Positions 8,897 through 18,587 of a stretch of DNA of 64,000 bases are shown here, in pieces. Position 1 is the stretch's first letter; each line of letters begins with the position of its first letter. The position numbers were made by a program, and so were the translations under genes. The DNA comes from an uncultured Gammaproteobacteria bacterium (lineage in GTDB: Bacteria; Patescibacteriota; Patescibacteriia; UBA2591; UBA6264): assembly GCA_964596735.1 (NCBI GenBank), contig CAZQVF010000003.1, forward strand, positions 42,611-106,610, read 5' to 3'. Under the pieces are notes generated by a model. The model was not told the origin of the DNA. It saw only the letters and a list, made by a program, of their open reading frames with translations, and did no database searches.

Positions 8897-11278
8897 TTAA
8901 AAATCTCTTAAAAGGGCATCAAATTTTTCCTTCATCATTTTAATAACCTTTTCTTCAATTTCTTTAACCTCTTTTGATTTCAAAGTTCTGTCCCCGGCCT
9001 GATAAGTAATATGAAAAGCCCGGTTGTATTTGTTGCCAAACCTTTTGTTTTCAAAAGTATCTTCAAAGGCAACCTCTTTAATCAATGAGTCAATTTGATG
9101 AATCTGATGGCATATCTCAAACCAATTAGCTTTTTTACCAATTAAAAAAGCCAAGTCTCTTTTTACAGCTGGATAAGGAGAAGATCTGGAAAATTCCTTC
9201 ACCCCAACAAGCTTGCTTAATTCTTCCAGGTCAAGTTCAAAATAACCAGTTTGAGAATCATGCTCTCCAACAAAACCAATTTCCTGTTGATTAAAGTAAA
9301 CAAGTATTTTATTTAAAGATTTAGATTGATACTCTATATTCTCTCTTATTTGTCTTTCAATTTCATTGCCTCGTCCCCCCATGATTGTTTGTAAAATTTG
9401 CTCAACAATGCTTTTGGCGATAAAACATTTGTTCTGGCAACATTTTGCATAGACATCTCCCTGATCAATCTTCTTTTTTGTTTCTTTGCTAAAAACCAAA
9501 CCAGCCACTTTGGCTTTTTCTTTTGGATTAAAAACCCGGCCAATTTCAAAAATCTTAAACTCAGAATAACTCTGAGAGTTTTTAATTGCATTTTTAACTA
9601 ACCCAGGAATCAAACTCTGTCTTAAATACTGTTGGACTTCACTTAAAGGATTGGCTACTTCTCTGTAATTTTCTTTCTTACCAAAATACTTTATTGCTTT
9701 TTCATCAGCAAAAGCATAGTTATAGACTTCGTCAAAGCCAAGCCCAATTAAAATATTCTTTAACTGATTATTTAAATGATATTCTTTTATTTGTTCAACG
9801 GGTTGAAGCTCAGCTAAAATTGGTAAAGGGGTAATCTTCTCTGCTCCATAAATCCTAACCACTTCTTCAACTAAATCTTCAAAAATATTTAAATCTGGCC
9901 GATGACAAGGTAAAACAACAGAAAGTTTTTTACCCCTTGTTTTTACTTGAGCATCTAATCCTTTTAAAATCTTTATCATTTGCTGATCTTTAATATCCGC
10001 CCCAATAAACATTCTCGCCCTGACTGGATCAAAAACAATTTCTTTTTTTTGTTTTAAAGACTTATTAGCCTCATTGCTCTTTACATCATAAATCTTACTA
10101 ACCACCTTTCCATTGGCCAAGTCTTGGATTAATTCAATGGTTCGGGCTAAACCTAATTCTGGAAAAACCATGGGCAGGCCTTTTTCAAAACGAACCACGG
10201 CTTCGGTTCTTAAGCCAAAACGCCAGGCTGTGCGCCGAATATTTGCTGGATCAAAACTAGCTGATTCAATAACAATTCTTTTAGTAGAATCAGTAATGCC
10301 TGATAATTCCCCGCCAATAATCCCGCCTAAAGCAACTGGTTTTTTAGCATCAGCAATAACCAGATTATCAGTTGATAATTTATACTCTTGCCCGTCTAAA
10401 GCCATTAGCTTTTCATTAGTTTTAGCTCTTCTAATAATAATTTTATTTTCTTTTATCTTGTCTGCATCAAAAGCGTGCACTGGCTTGCCCATCTCCACCA
10501 TCACATAATTAGTTATATCAACCACATTATTAATTGGTTTCATGCCTAGGTTGCGCAATCTGGTTTGCAACCAATCAGGCGAAGGAGCAATTTTAATATC
10601 ATCCATAACCACAGCCATATATCTTGGGCAAAACTTCTTATCTAAAACTTTAATTTGCAAAGGGCTCTTAGTTGATTTTTGAGGGTTAAGTTTAAAATCC
10701 TGAATCTTAGCTTTAATTCCCAAAATAGCTCCAATTTCTCTGGCAAAACCAACATGATTAAACAGATCTGGCCGATGAGTCAATGATTTGTTTTCCACAT
10801 CTAAAATAGTATCATCTAATCCCAAGGCCTTAATAATCTGTATCCCTGTTTTAGTCTCCTTGGGGAAATACATCAGACCCAGGTCAGTTAATTCCAGTCC
10901 CAGCTCCTCATCGGAACAAATCATGCCCTCAGACATCAACCCCCTTATCTTGCCTCTTCTAATTTCAATTCCTGTTGGTAATTTAGCCGGCCCTAACAAA
11001 ACTGGGATTTTGTTACCTACCTCTATTTTAAAAAGCTGCCCAAATATCATTTGAACCACCCTGGAACCTATATCAATCTTGCTAACAAAAAGCTTGTCTG
11101 CATTAGGGTGCTTTTTAATCTCTTTAACCTCACCAACCACCACCTTTTCCAATCCTCCTCCTAACTTCTCAACTTTTTCAACCTCGGCTATTTGCATGCT
11201 TAAAATCTCTCCTAACTGCTGAGGAGATTTTTTTAAACCAGGTAAAAGCTGTTTTAACCACTGATATGATAACTTCAT
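8897..11278 (-). CDS. pheT: Phenylalanine--tRNA ligase beta subunit
   Basis: MKLSYQWL, HPNADKL, INNVVDITNYVM, RFEKG, C-terminal FDX-ACB (RDLAF, RTL). Confidence 0.95.
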   Translation of the reverse strand: MKLSYQWLKQLLPGLKKSPQQLGEILSMQIAEVEKVEKLGGGLEKVVVGEVKEIKKHPNADKLFVSKIDIGSRVVQMIFGQLFKIEVGNKIPVLLGPAKLPTGIEIRRGKIRGLMSEGMICSDEELGLELTDLGLMYFPKETKTGIQIIKALGLDDTILDVENKSLTHRPDLFNHVGFAREIGAILGIKAKIQDFKLNPQKSTKSPLQIKVLDKKFCPRYMAVVMDDIKIAPSPDWLQTRLRNLGMKPINNVVDITNYVMVEMGKPVHAFDADKIKENKIIIRRAKTNEKLMALDGQEYKLSTDNLVIADAKKPVALGGIIGGELSGITDSTKRIVIESASFDPANIRRTAWRFGLRTEAVVRFEKGLPMVFPELGLARTIELIQDLANGKVVSKIYDVKSNEANKSLKQKKEIVFDPVRARMFIGADIKDQQMIKILKGLDAQVKTRGKKLSVVLPCHRPDLNIFEDLVEEVVRIYGAEKITPLPILAELQPVEQIKEYHLNNQLKNILIGLGFDEVYNYAFADEKAIKYFGKKENYREVANPLSEVQQYLRQSLIPGLVKNAIKNSQSYSEFKIFEIGRVFNPKEKAKVAGLVFSKETKKKIDQGDVYAKCCQNKCFIAKSIVEQILQTIMGGRGNEIERQIRENIEYQSKSLNKILVYFNQQEIGFVGEHDSQTGYFELDLEELSKLVGVKEFSRSSPYPAVKRDLAFLIGKKANWFEICHQIHQIDSLIKEVAFEDTFENKRFGNKYNRAFHITYQAGDRTLKSKEVKEIEEKVIKMMKEKFDALLRDF

Positions 11279-11313
11279 ATTAATTCAAGAAATATATATT
11301 ATTCAAAGGCGAA

Positions 11314-11339
11314 TCAAGGTTCTGCGAAGCAGGTTCTTA
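11314..11339 (-). repeat. Dispersed REP-like repeat, copy 1
   Basis: TAAGAACCTGCTTCGCAGAACCTTGA; 25/26 identical to 16941-16966. Confidence 0.7.
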
Positions 11340-12359
11340 AAACTGTCTAATAAATCTTAAATCACCTGAATGAAGCAAGCGAATATCATCAATTTTATGC
11401 TTCATCATTATTAATCTATCCAAGCCCACGCCAAAAGCAAAACCAGTATATTTTCCATGAGCATAACCAGCGTGTTTAAAAACCTCGGGATGAATCATGC
11501 CTGAGCCAAGAATCTCTACCCAGCCGGTCTGGGAACAGACTGGACAGCCCTTTCCTCCACAATTTAAACAAGCGAAATCAATCTCAAAACTAGGCTCGGT
11601 AAAGGGAAAATAGCTTGGCCGTAATCTAATCTTCACCTTTGTTTTAAATAAGGCGTTTAAAAAGGTTTTTAAAGTATAAATTAAATTAGCAACACTGATT
11701 TCCTTGTCCACGGCAAAACCTTCTACTTGATAAATGGTATGTTCATGAGAAGCATCAGTTGCCTCATGGCGGAAACATTTACCAATGACACAAACCTTTA
11801 AAGGTGGTTTTCTTTTCTCCATTACCCTCACCTGCATCGGTGAAGTATGGGTTCTTAATAATTCACCTTTTTTCGATTTGATATAAAAGGTGTCCCACAT
11901 ATCCCGGGCCGGATGACCCTCAGGAATATTTAAAGCTTCAAAATTATAATAATCTGTTTCAAGTTCTGGTCCTTCTAAAACTTCAAAACCCATAGAAGAA
12001 AAAATATCAGCCACCATTTGTTTTCCCTGAGTTAAGGGATGTAAATGTCCAAACTCTATTTTCTTTCCCGGCAAAGTAAAATCCAAAGCCGCACCTTTGG
12101 CTTTGGAACCAGAACTAGATAACTCTCTTTTCTTATTATCAATGGCCTGCTCAATTTCTTGTTTAACCTGATTAGCCGAACTACCAACTCTTGGCTTCTC
12201 ATTATCGGGCAGGTCTTTTAAGCCGCGTAAAACCTTTGTTAATTCTCCGTTTTGCCGACCCAAATATTGGCGCCAGACCTTGTCCAAGTCTGCCCCATTT
12301 TTAACCTGATTAATTTGTTCTAAGGCCTTGCTTTTTAATTGTTTAATTTGCTCAATCAT
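11337..12359 (-). CDS. pheS: Phenylalanine--tRNA ligase alpha subunit
   Basis: HPARDMWDTFY, LRTHTSPMQ, YFPFTEPS, GFAFGVGLDRL. Confidence 0.97.
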   Translation of the reverse strand: MIEQIKQLKSKALEQINQVKNGADLDKVWRQYLGRQNGELTKVLRGLKDLPDNEKPRVGSSANQVKQEIEQAIDNKKRELSSSGSKAKGAALDFTLPGKKIEFGHLHPLTQGKQMVADIFSSMGFEVLEGPELETDYYNFEALNIPEGHPARDMWDTFYIKSKKGELLRTHTSPMQVRVMEKRKPPLKVCVIGKCFRHEATDASHEHTIYQVEGFAVDKEISVANLIYTLKTFLNALFKTKVKIRLRPSYFPFTEPSFEIDFACLNCGGKGCPVCSQTGWVEILGSGMIHPEVFKHAGYAHGKYTGFAFGVGLDRLIMMKHKIDDIRLLHSGDLRFIRQF

Positions 12360-12739
12360 GCCTTGTACTTTTTACGCGAAGAAAGAAAGAAAAATTCTAA
12401 AAACATTAAAAATAAGAGTAAAAACACACCATTCCACCATCTTAAAATACCTAGATTCTGCAACAAAAATAAACCGACAACTAAAAAACTTAACCAGATT
12501 CCCTGGCGGAAAGACGCTTCTACTTGTTTAAAAACCGGCCCCTTGTTTAAGCGAGTTCGGACAAGAAAGCCAATGATTGCTGCCGTTCCCACAATAGCCA
12601 AGAACAAACTAAAATAAAACAAGACAAAACCAATTAACCCTGTTTCTTTTGGATTAACAAAAAAAATAACAAAAACCCAGGCTAACCAACAAATAATGGT
12701 TAAAATGCTCATTAAATTAAGGTATTTTTTCAAAGTCAT
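12356..12739 (-). CDS. Hypothetical membrane protein (4 TM)
   Basis: Four hydrophobic segments; overlaps the pheS start. Confidence 0.75.
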   Translation of the reverse strand: MTLKKYLNLMSILTIICWLAWVFVIFFVNPKETGLIGFVLFYFSLFLAIVGTAAIIGFLVRTRLNKGPVFKQVEASFRQGIWLSFLVVGLFLLQNLGILRWWNGVFLLLFLMFLEFFFLSSRKKYKA

Positions 12740-12797
12740 AAACAAAAGATAAATAATAAAGTAATTTAATTATAACATGTTTTAAAACTCTGGCAAT

Positions 12798-15700
12798 TTA
12801 TTCCTGCCGATACTGACAAATATTGTAAAAATCGCAAAACTTGCACATCCGACTAGGCTGAGCAGGAAAATCACCCTTTTTTATCTTCTCAATAGTCTTA
12901 ATAGCGTTTTCTTCTACTTTTTTCAAATCATCATCTTTGCCTAAAAAAGAAATCCTCTCCCCTGATTCTAAATAATAAAAAGTTAATTGGTGAACCGGCT
13001 TGTCAAAAGCCTCATGTAAATGCTGGGCGGCTAATTGATAAAGATACAATTGTTGCTTTTTTTCAAAACCAAGACTTGCTTTGTTCTGGCCGGTTTTGTA
13101 ATCAATAATTTCATATCCCTGATCTGTTTCATCAACCCGGTCAATCACCCCTCTAATTATGTATTTATCTAATTTAAAATTAAACTGCTTTTCCAAATAT
13201 TTCATATTTGGTTTATTCTGAACAAAATCATGATAAAACATTTTCAAAGCTTGTTTGCCTTTTCCCTTATACTTCTCCTGATGATCTTTACTGTCATACC
13301 AGTCCTCAATCCATGACTGCTCATAAATCTTTATCAAGTCATCAAAAGAAAGCTGGTTTTTTGATTGAGGTTTTTTCTCGCCAAATAAATCCCTTTGAAC
13401 CACATCTTTCTGCCCTCGCCACATCTGACAAAAACGATAAAGCGTATTATGCAGGCTTCTGCCAAAACTAAAAACATAACGGCCTTGACGAGGAATTCTT
13501 AAAATAAAACCAAACTTGTATTGTAAGGGACAGGTGTTAAAAGCCATAAACTGGGAAAAACTAAACCTTAAGGGCAGAGCTATGTCTGTCTTTTGTTTTT
13601 CTTCTTGTTTTACTAAGGGCTTGGTTAAAACATCTGTTTTTTCCTCAACTTTAATTGGCTTATCTTTTTTTACCAAACCTAATTCATATAAGAAACGAGA
13701 TGATTTTTTAAGAGTTTTTCCTCCATAATCTTCAGCCGAGGTCAGATAAAGACTGTGTTTGGCCCGGGTTAAAGCAACATAGAAAAGCCGTCTTTCTTCT
13801 TGCAAATGCACATCTCCCTGGGGAATAATTTCTTTAATCAAATCCACAGGTAATTCAATTGGCTCTTTGCGGTCAATACTGGGAAATCTCTTGTCTACTA
13901 AATTAACAATAAAAACATATTTAAATTCCAAGCCCTTGGCACTGTGAATGGTGCTGACTTTAACTGACTCAGGTCCCTGTTCTAATTCTGCATCAATACT
14001 GCCTGTATCTCCGGTACTAATCATTAAATCAATCAAACGAATAAATGCGCCAACTGATTTATCAAAATTAATTGCTTCAAAGTTCTCTATTTTTTTAAAA
14101 AACTGATTTAACCAAAAAACACTTTCGCTGTCCTCTTGATTAGATAAAATTTTTAAATAACCAGTGTCTTGTAAAAAAGCATAAACAACCTTGCTCACAT
14201 TTTCTGTTTTAGCCAGTTCAGTATGCTTATCAATCCAGGATAAAAATAGGTTTAATTGAGTGATTGTTTGCTTGGAAAGCTGAAAAATACTGGTCGCTTT
14301 TTGCATGGCTTCATAAACAGACCATGACTTTTTATTGGCAAAATTAATTAAATGAGACACTTCATTGCTGCTAATCTTTTTATTAAAAATTGGGGAGGTT
14401 AAAACCCGATAAATCGCTGTGCTTTCATGGTAATTATCAAGAAGTTTAAGATAAGCCAAAATATCTAAAATCACTGGTTTGGAAAACAAGCCAGACCGGA
14501 CTAAAAACTGATGAGAAACATTGGCTAGACGCAAAGCCTGAACAAAAAGTTCGGCCTGGTGATTGGCCCTGACTAAAATGGCAAAATCATTCCAACTCGC
14601 TTCTTCGTCTTTTTGCTTAAGCTCAATAATCTTTTTAATCACCGCCCTAGCTTCATCTTCCTGAGTTTTTAAGTGTAAATGCCTAATCTCCCCTTTGTCT
14701 TTTTTCTCTGCCTTTAATTTTTTAATAATATCTTTATCCTGAGCTTCTAGTCTTTCTGGATTGTTTAATTGAATAAAATTATAGGCTAAGTCTAAAATCT
14801 TTTGCTGGGAACGGTAATTCTTAATCAAGACCACCTGCTCTGTTTTGGGATAATCTTTTTTAAACTGCAAGACATTGTTATAAGAAGCGCCGCGAAATTT
14901 ATAAATAGAATTGTGAACAACTATTCCATTAGCCACAAAGTTATGACTTCGTTCTATTTCTAGATCATAAACTGTCAAATTTTTAATTTCTTCTTTAACT
15001 TCAATAACTTGGTCGTAAATCACCCCGTTCCTTTTAGTCGCCACTGGTAGATATAATCCTTGTAAAACATTGCTTGCCGGCATAATCAATGCTTTTTGAA
15101 AAACAATATTTGTTTTTCCAACAGTAAAACCGTTTTCTAAAATTCCTCCAGTCACCTTTTGCAATTTTTCAGCTATCTTGCCTATTTTTTTTATATCTTT
15201 ACTTTCTGCTTTAAAACGATAACCCTTTCTGGCTTTTGTTAAATTAAAACCGGCTTTTCTTAATTTATTAATTGTTCTCTTATCCGAAGTTTCAACAGAG
15301 GCTTGATGACGAATCAATGGATTTGTTAAAAATCCGTCTTTATCATATTTACTTCTATATCGCCTCTTGCACATATCAAAATTAATCTTGATTCTCAATT
15401 TACTACCTCTGTTTACTGCATCTAAAGAGTAATGGTGGGCACTTAAATCTATTTTTAAATCTCTAGCTAGTCTTCTTGCGCCATCTTCTACATTAATCTT
15501 TTTATATAATTTAATCATCCAATCACCTTTTATCATTACTCTGTCTCTCTCCTTAAAACAAGTCGTTTGTATGCCATACTTCAAAGAGTATAAGGTTTCA
15601 TAAAAACGAGCCTCTTCCTCACTTTGACAAGCTTTAATAGCTAGAATTTTATCTGCTGATCGTTCTAATTTTAACCTTACAGCTAAATTATTTGTTGTCC

Positions 15701-16838
15701 CTATTCGCCAACCTACATCATCTCGTCTCATTAAATAAACATAATAGTATTTTTTCTCTCTTGAAACACGGGGCGTAAAGCAAAACATTTTATGATTATC
15801 AGTAACTTGAACCCTGTATCCTTTCTTTGTTTTAAAAGTAAGCATTTTTGCTTTCTTTTTTCTTTTAAAGACTTTATTTACTTTTGAATAACTTAAATAA
15901 CCCTTGCCTACTGCTGTAGCAACTAAAGCGCCCTTTTTTATCTGATCTATCCTCTGAGTACCCCTTTTTGTTTGAACTAAAGTGTTACCAGGCAAACATT
16001 GGTCATCGTCAGAAACAGCGGTCATGTTATTCTTGGGCTGAGCCAGCATCTGCAGTAATTTATACTGGGCCCAGTTAGTGTCTTGAAACTCATCAACTAA
16101 GATATATTTAAACTGCTCTTGGTATTTTTTCAAAATCTGCGGTCTTTTTTCAAAAAGCTTTAAAGTGTAATTTATTAAATCACCAAAGTCCAAGGCATTG
16201 TTTTCTAAAAGCAATTGCTGATAAGTATGATAAGCATTGGCAATTTCTTTTAAACGGCTGGTTTCCTGGTCAAGCAATTCATCTGACATGCTCGTGTCTT
16301 TGTCTAGTTTTAAATTCTCCACATAATCTAAATATTCTTCCGGACTAATTAACTCATCTTTGGCCCGAGAAAAATGTTTAACCAGACTTTGGATAAACTT
16401 AGTCGGATTGCCCAAGGGCCGGTAATAATCCAAGTCAAACTTGTCAAAATTGTCCTGAACTAAAAAGCTTTGTTGGGCCTGATTTAATAATTTAAAATTC
16501 AGAGGCAGGCCAATATCTAAGGCATGCTGTTGCAAGATTCTTTCACAAAAGGAATGAAAAGTGGAAATCCATAAATCAACATAGCCATAAGGAAGCAACT
16601 TATCTATTCTCTCTTCCATTTCCTGAGCCGCTTTATCAGTAAAAGTTAAAGCTAAAACCTGGTCTGTCTTGACCAGATTACTCAAAATCAACCAAGCCAC
16701 CCGCCTGGTAATAACAGTTGTTTTGCCTGTACCGGCTCCGGCAATAATTAATAAAGGGCCTTGTCCATGAGTTACTGCTTTTTTTTGCTCAGAATTAAGC
16801 CCTTTTAAAATTTTATTACCTAATTCTTTTTCTGACAT
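12798..16838 (-). CDS. UvrD/PcrA-family helicase fused to PD-(D/E)XK Fe-S nuclease (AdnA/AdnB-like), intein-containing
   Basis: AGAGTGKT, LVDEFQD, NYRS, TIHSAKGLEF, EERRLFYVALTRA; C-terminal GVIDRVD...IIDYKTG and C...CxxCxxxxxC. Confidence 0.9.
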   Translation of the reverse strand: MSEKELGNKILKGLNSEQKKAVTHGQGPLLIIAGAGTGKTTVITRRVAWLILSNLVKTDQVLALTFTDKAAQEMEERIDKLLPYGYVDLWISTFHSFCERILQQHALDIGLPLNFKLLNQAQQSFLVQDNFDKFDLDYYRPLGNPTKFIQSLVKHFSRAKDELISPEEYLDYVENLKLDKDTSMSDELLDQETSRLKEIANAYHTYQQLLLENNALDFGDLINYTLKLFEKRPQILKKYQEQFKYILVDEFQDTNWAQYKLLQMLAQPKNNMTAVSDDDQCLPGNTLVQTKRGTQRIDQIKKGALVATAVGKGYLSYSKVNKVFKRKKKAKMLTFKTKKGYRVQVTDNHKMFCFTPRVSREKKYYYVYLMRRDDVGWRIGTTNNLAVRLKLERSADKILAIKACQSEEEARFYETLYSLKYGIQTTCFKERDRVMIKGDWMIKLYKKINVEDGARRLARDLKIDLSAHHYSLDAVNRGSKLRIKINFDMCKRRYRSKYDKDGFLTNPLIRHQASVETSDKRTINKLRKAGFNLTKARKGYRFKAESKDIKKIGKIAEKLQKVTGGILENGFTVGKTNIVFQKALIMPASNVLQGLYLPVATKRNGVIYDQVIEVKEEIKNLTVYDLEIERSHNFVANGIVVHNSIYKFRGASYNNVLQFKKDYPKTEQVVLIKNYRSQQKILDLAYNFIQLNNPERLEAQDKDIIKKLKAEKKDKGEIRHLHLKTQEDEARAVIKKIIELKQKDEEASWNDFAILVRANHQAELFVQALRLANVSHQFLVRSGLFSKPVILDILAYLKLLDNYHESTAIYRVLTSPIFNKKISSNEVSHLINFANKKSWSVYEAMQKATSIFQLSKQTITQLNLFLSWIDKHTELAKTENVSKVVYAFLQDTGYLKILSNQEDSESVFWLNQFFKKIENFEAINFDKSVGAFIRLIDLMISTGDTGSIDAELEQGPESVKVSTIHSAKGLEFKYVFIVNLVDKRFPSIDRKEPIELPVDLIKEIIPQGDVHLQEERRLFYVALTRAKHSLYLTSAEDYGGKTLKKSSRFLYELGLVKKDKPIKVEEKTDVLTKPLVKQEEKQKTDIALPLRFSFSQFMAFNTCPLQYKFGFILRIPRQGRYVFSFGRSLHNTLYRFCQMWRGQKDVVQRDLFGEKKPQSKNQLSFDDLIKIYEQSWIEDWYDSKDHQEKYKGKGKQALKMFYHDFVQNKPNMKYLEKQFNFKLDKYIIRGVIDRVDETDQGYEIIDYKTGQNKASLGFEKKQQLYLYQLAAQHLHEAFDKPVHQLTFYYLESGERISFLGKDDDLKKVEENAIKTIEKIKKGDFPAQPSRMCKFCDFYNICQYRQE
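14910..15998 (-). mobile_element. Intein (363 aa) in helicase motif III
   Basis: DDDQ|CLPGNT...VYDLEIERSHNFVANGIVVHN|SIYKFRGA; block B TDNHKM. Confidence 0.93.
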
Positions 16839-16896
16839 ATGCATATTTTAACATAAAAAAAAGAGCCTGACAAAGGGATAATTTTAAGAAAAATTA

Positions 16897-16968
16897 TTAT
16901 AATTAAATTACTTTATTATCTATATAATAAATATTTAATTTCAAGGTTCTGCGTAGCAGGTTCTTATA
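16897..16968 (-). repeat. Dispersed REP-like repeat, copy 2 (with AT-rich tail)
   Basis: Near-identical to 57113-57193 apart from the hairpin loop. Confidence 0.7.
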
Positions 16969-17749
16969 ATTTAAATAATTTTTTTGCATTTTTAGTGGTT
17001 TGATCAACCACTTGATCAAAGGTAAGATTTTTAATCTCAGAAATTCTCTGAGCTATAAAACGGACATAAACAGGCTCGTTTCTCTGTCCGCGATAAGGCT
17101 CGGGAGCTAAAAAAGGACAATCAGTTTCTAATAAAATCCTGTCTAAAGGACTTTTTTCCACCACTTGTAAAAGCCCTGGAGTAGCATTTTTAAACGTAAT
17201 CGGACCGGTAAAACCGATGTAAAGACCAAGATTTAAAAACTCTTGTCCAATAGACCAATCAGCAGAAAAACAATGAATCACTCCTTTGGGAATTTGTTTT
17301 AAATCTTTAATTATCTCTAATAATTCCAAATAAGCATTATTGGGATTATCCTTGTTCCCCCGGCAATGAAGAATAACTGGCAAATCATGTTCCTGAGCTA
17401 ATTTAATATGTTGCAAAAATACTTTTTTTTGCAAATCTCGACTATCTTGATGATGATAAAAATCCAAACCTGTTTCCCCTATGGCCTTAATCTGGTCTTT
17501 GTTTTCTTTGATTAATAAATCAAGTTTTTCTTTGTCAAAATCCTCATCTTTAACATGAATGGGATGAAGTCCAATGGCAGAAAAACAATTTTCAAATTCC
17601 TGACTTATTTTAACCGCCTTCTTGCTGGTTTCCAGGTTTGACCCAACACTAATTACGGCTTTTAGTCCTTGGTTAAAATTATGCTCAATTACCTGAGCAT
17701 AATCATTTTTAAATATTTTAAAATTTAAATGGGCATGGGTGTCAATCAT
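16964..17749 (-). CDS. tatD: TatD family DNase
   Basis: IDTHAHL, GLHP, AIGETGLD, IHCFS, LETDCPFLAP. Confidence 0.93.
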   Translation of the reverse strand: MIDTHAHLNFKIFKNDYAQVIEHNFNQGLKAVISVGSNLETSKKAVKISQEFENCFSAIGLHPIHVKDEDFDKEKLDLLIKENKDQIKAIGETGLDFYHHQDSRDLQKKVFLQHIKLAQEHDLPVILHCRGNKDNPNNAYLELLEIIKDLKQIPKGVIHCFSADWSIGQEFLNLGLYIGFTGPITFKNATPGLLQVVEKSPLDRILLETDCPFLAPEPYRGQRNEPVYVRFIAQRISEIKNLTFDQVVDQTTKNAKKLFKL

Positions 17750-18186
17750 TTTATTTGTTCATTATTCAAATCAAAAGCTAAGGGTAATAATTCTGAAAGT
17801 TTGGCAATAATGACTTTATCCTTGTCTGTATTAGACATAATTATATCTAAATCAGTGCCAGAAACCTTGGAAAACTCAAAAAGTATTTGCCGACAACTAC
17901 CACAGGGGGTAATTGGTTCGTTTTCGAAATTTGAGATCACAGCAATTGCTTTAAAATAACGCTCGCCCATGGCATTGGCCCTATAAACAGCCACTCTTTC
18001 AGCACAAATACCAGAAACAACATCTTTAACATTTGACCCAGTAATAACTTTATTGTCTTTGGTTAAAAGAGCGGCTCCAACAAATAATTTAGAATAAGGA
18101 TCATAAGCAGTTTTAACTGCTTTTTCTGCCTCTAATAATAAATCTTGATATTGTTTGTTTAAATCCTTAAAATTAGTATTTTTCAT
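17746..18186 (-). CDS. cdd: Cytidine deaminase
   Basis: AYDPYS..VGAALL, CAERVA, PCGSCRQ. Confidence 0.88.
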   Translation of the reverse strand: MKNTNFKDLNKQYQDLLLEAEKAVKTAYDPYSKLFVGAALLTKDNKVITGSNVKDVVSGICAERVAVYRANAMGERYFKAIAVISNFENEPITPCGSCRQILFEFSKVSGTDLDIIMSNTDKDKVIIAKLSELLPLAFDLNNEQIK

Positions 18187-18296
18187 CTTATTTTTATTAA
18201 TATATTATCTCTAATGCTAATTATACTAAATTTTCCCTTATTTTACAACCTTAATAAACCCCTTGACTTTTTTAATGATATTGTTAATATAAGAAT

Positions 18297-18570
18297 AATA
18301 TTTAAGGAGGTTTCTTTAAAAAACTTGGCGGAGAAATGCGACGCATACTCGCATTGCTGACCAAAAGGTGCTGGGTGTTTGGCATCGGCTCGGGATAATT
18401 ACCCAAACTAAACGAGGCGTTCGCAAGTCATAATAAGGTGAAGTGCTTTTCTATCCTCTTTCCCATCCCTGGATTACAACGAAGCGTGGGTATGATCTAT
18501 ACCTCCCTTACCTTATTCAGCGTCCAGCACCTGAATTTGAAAAAGGCCCCTGAACCAGGGGCCTGTTTCT
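18297..18570 (+). ncRNA. Putative structured RNA or small-peptide mRNA of unknown family
   Basis: Promoter TTGACT (18263) and TGtTAATAT (18282-18290); several stems; terminator AGGCCCCTG/CAGGGGCCT (18544-18564); only a 20-codon ORF. Confidence 0.45.
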
Positions 18571-18587
18571 TTATAAATTTTTAATTT

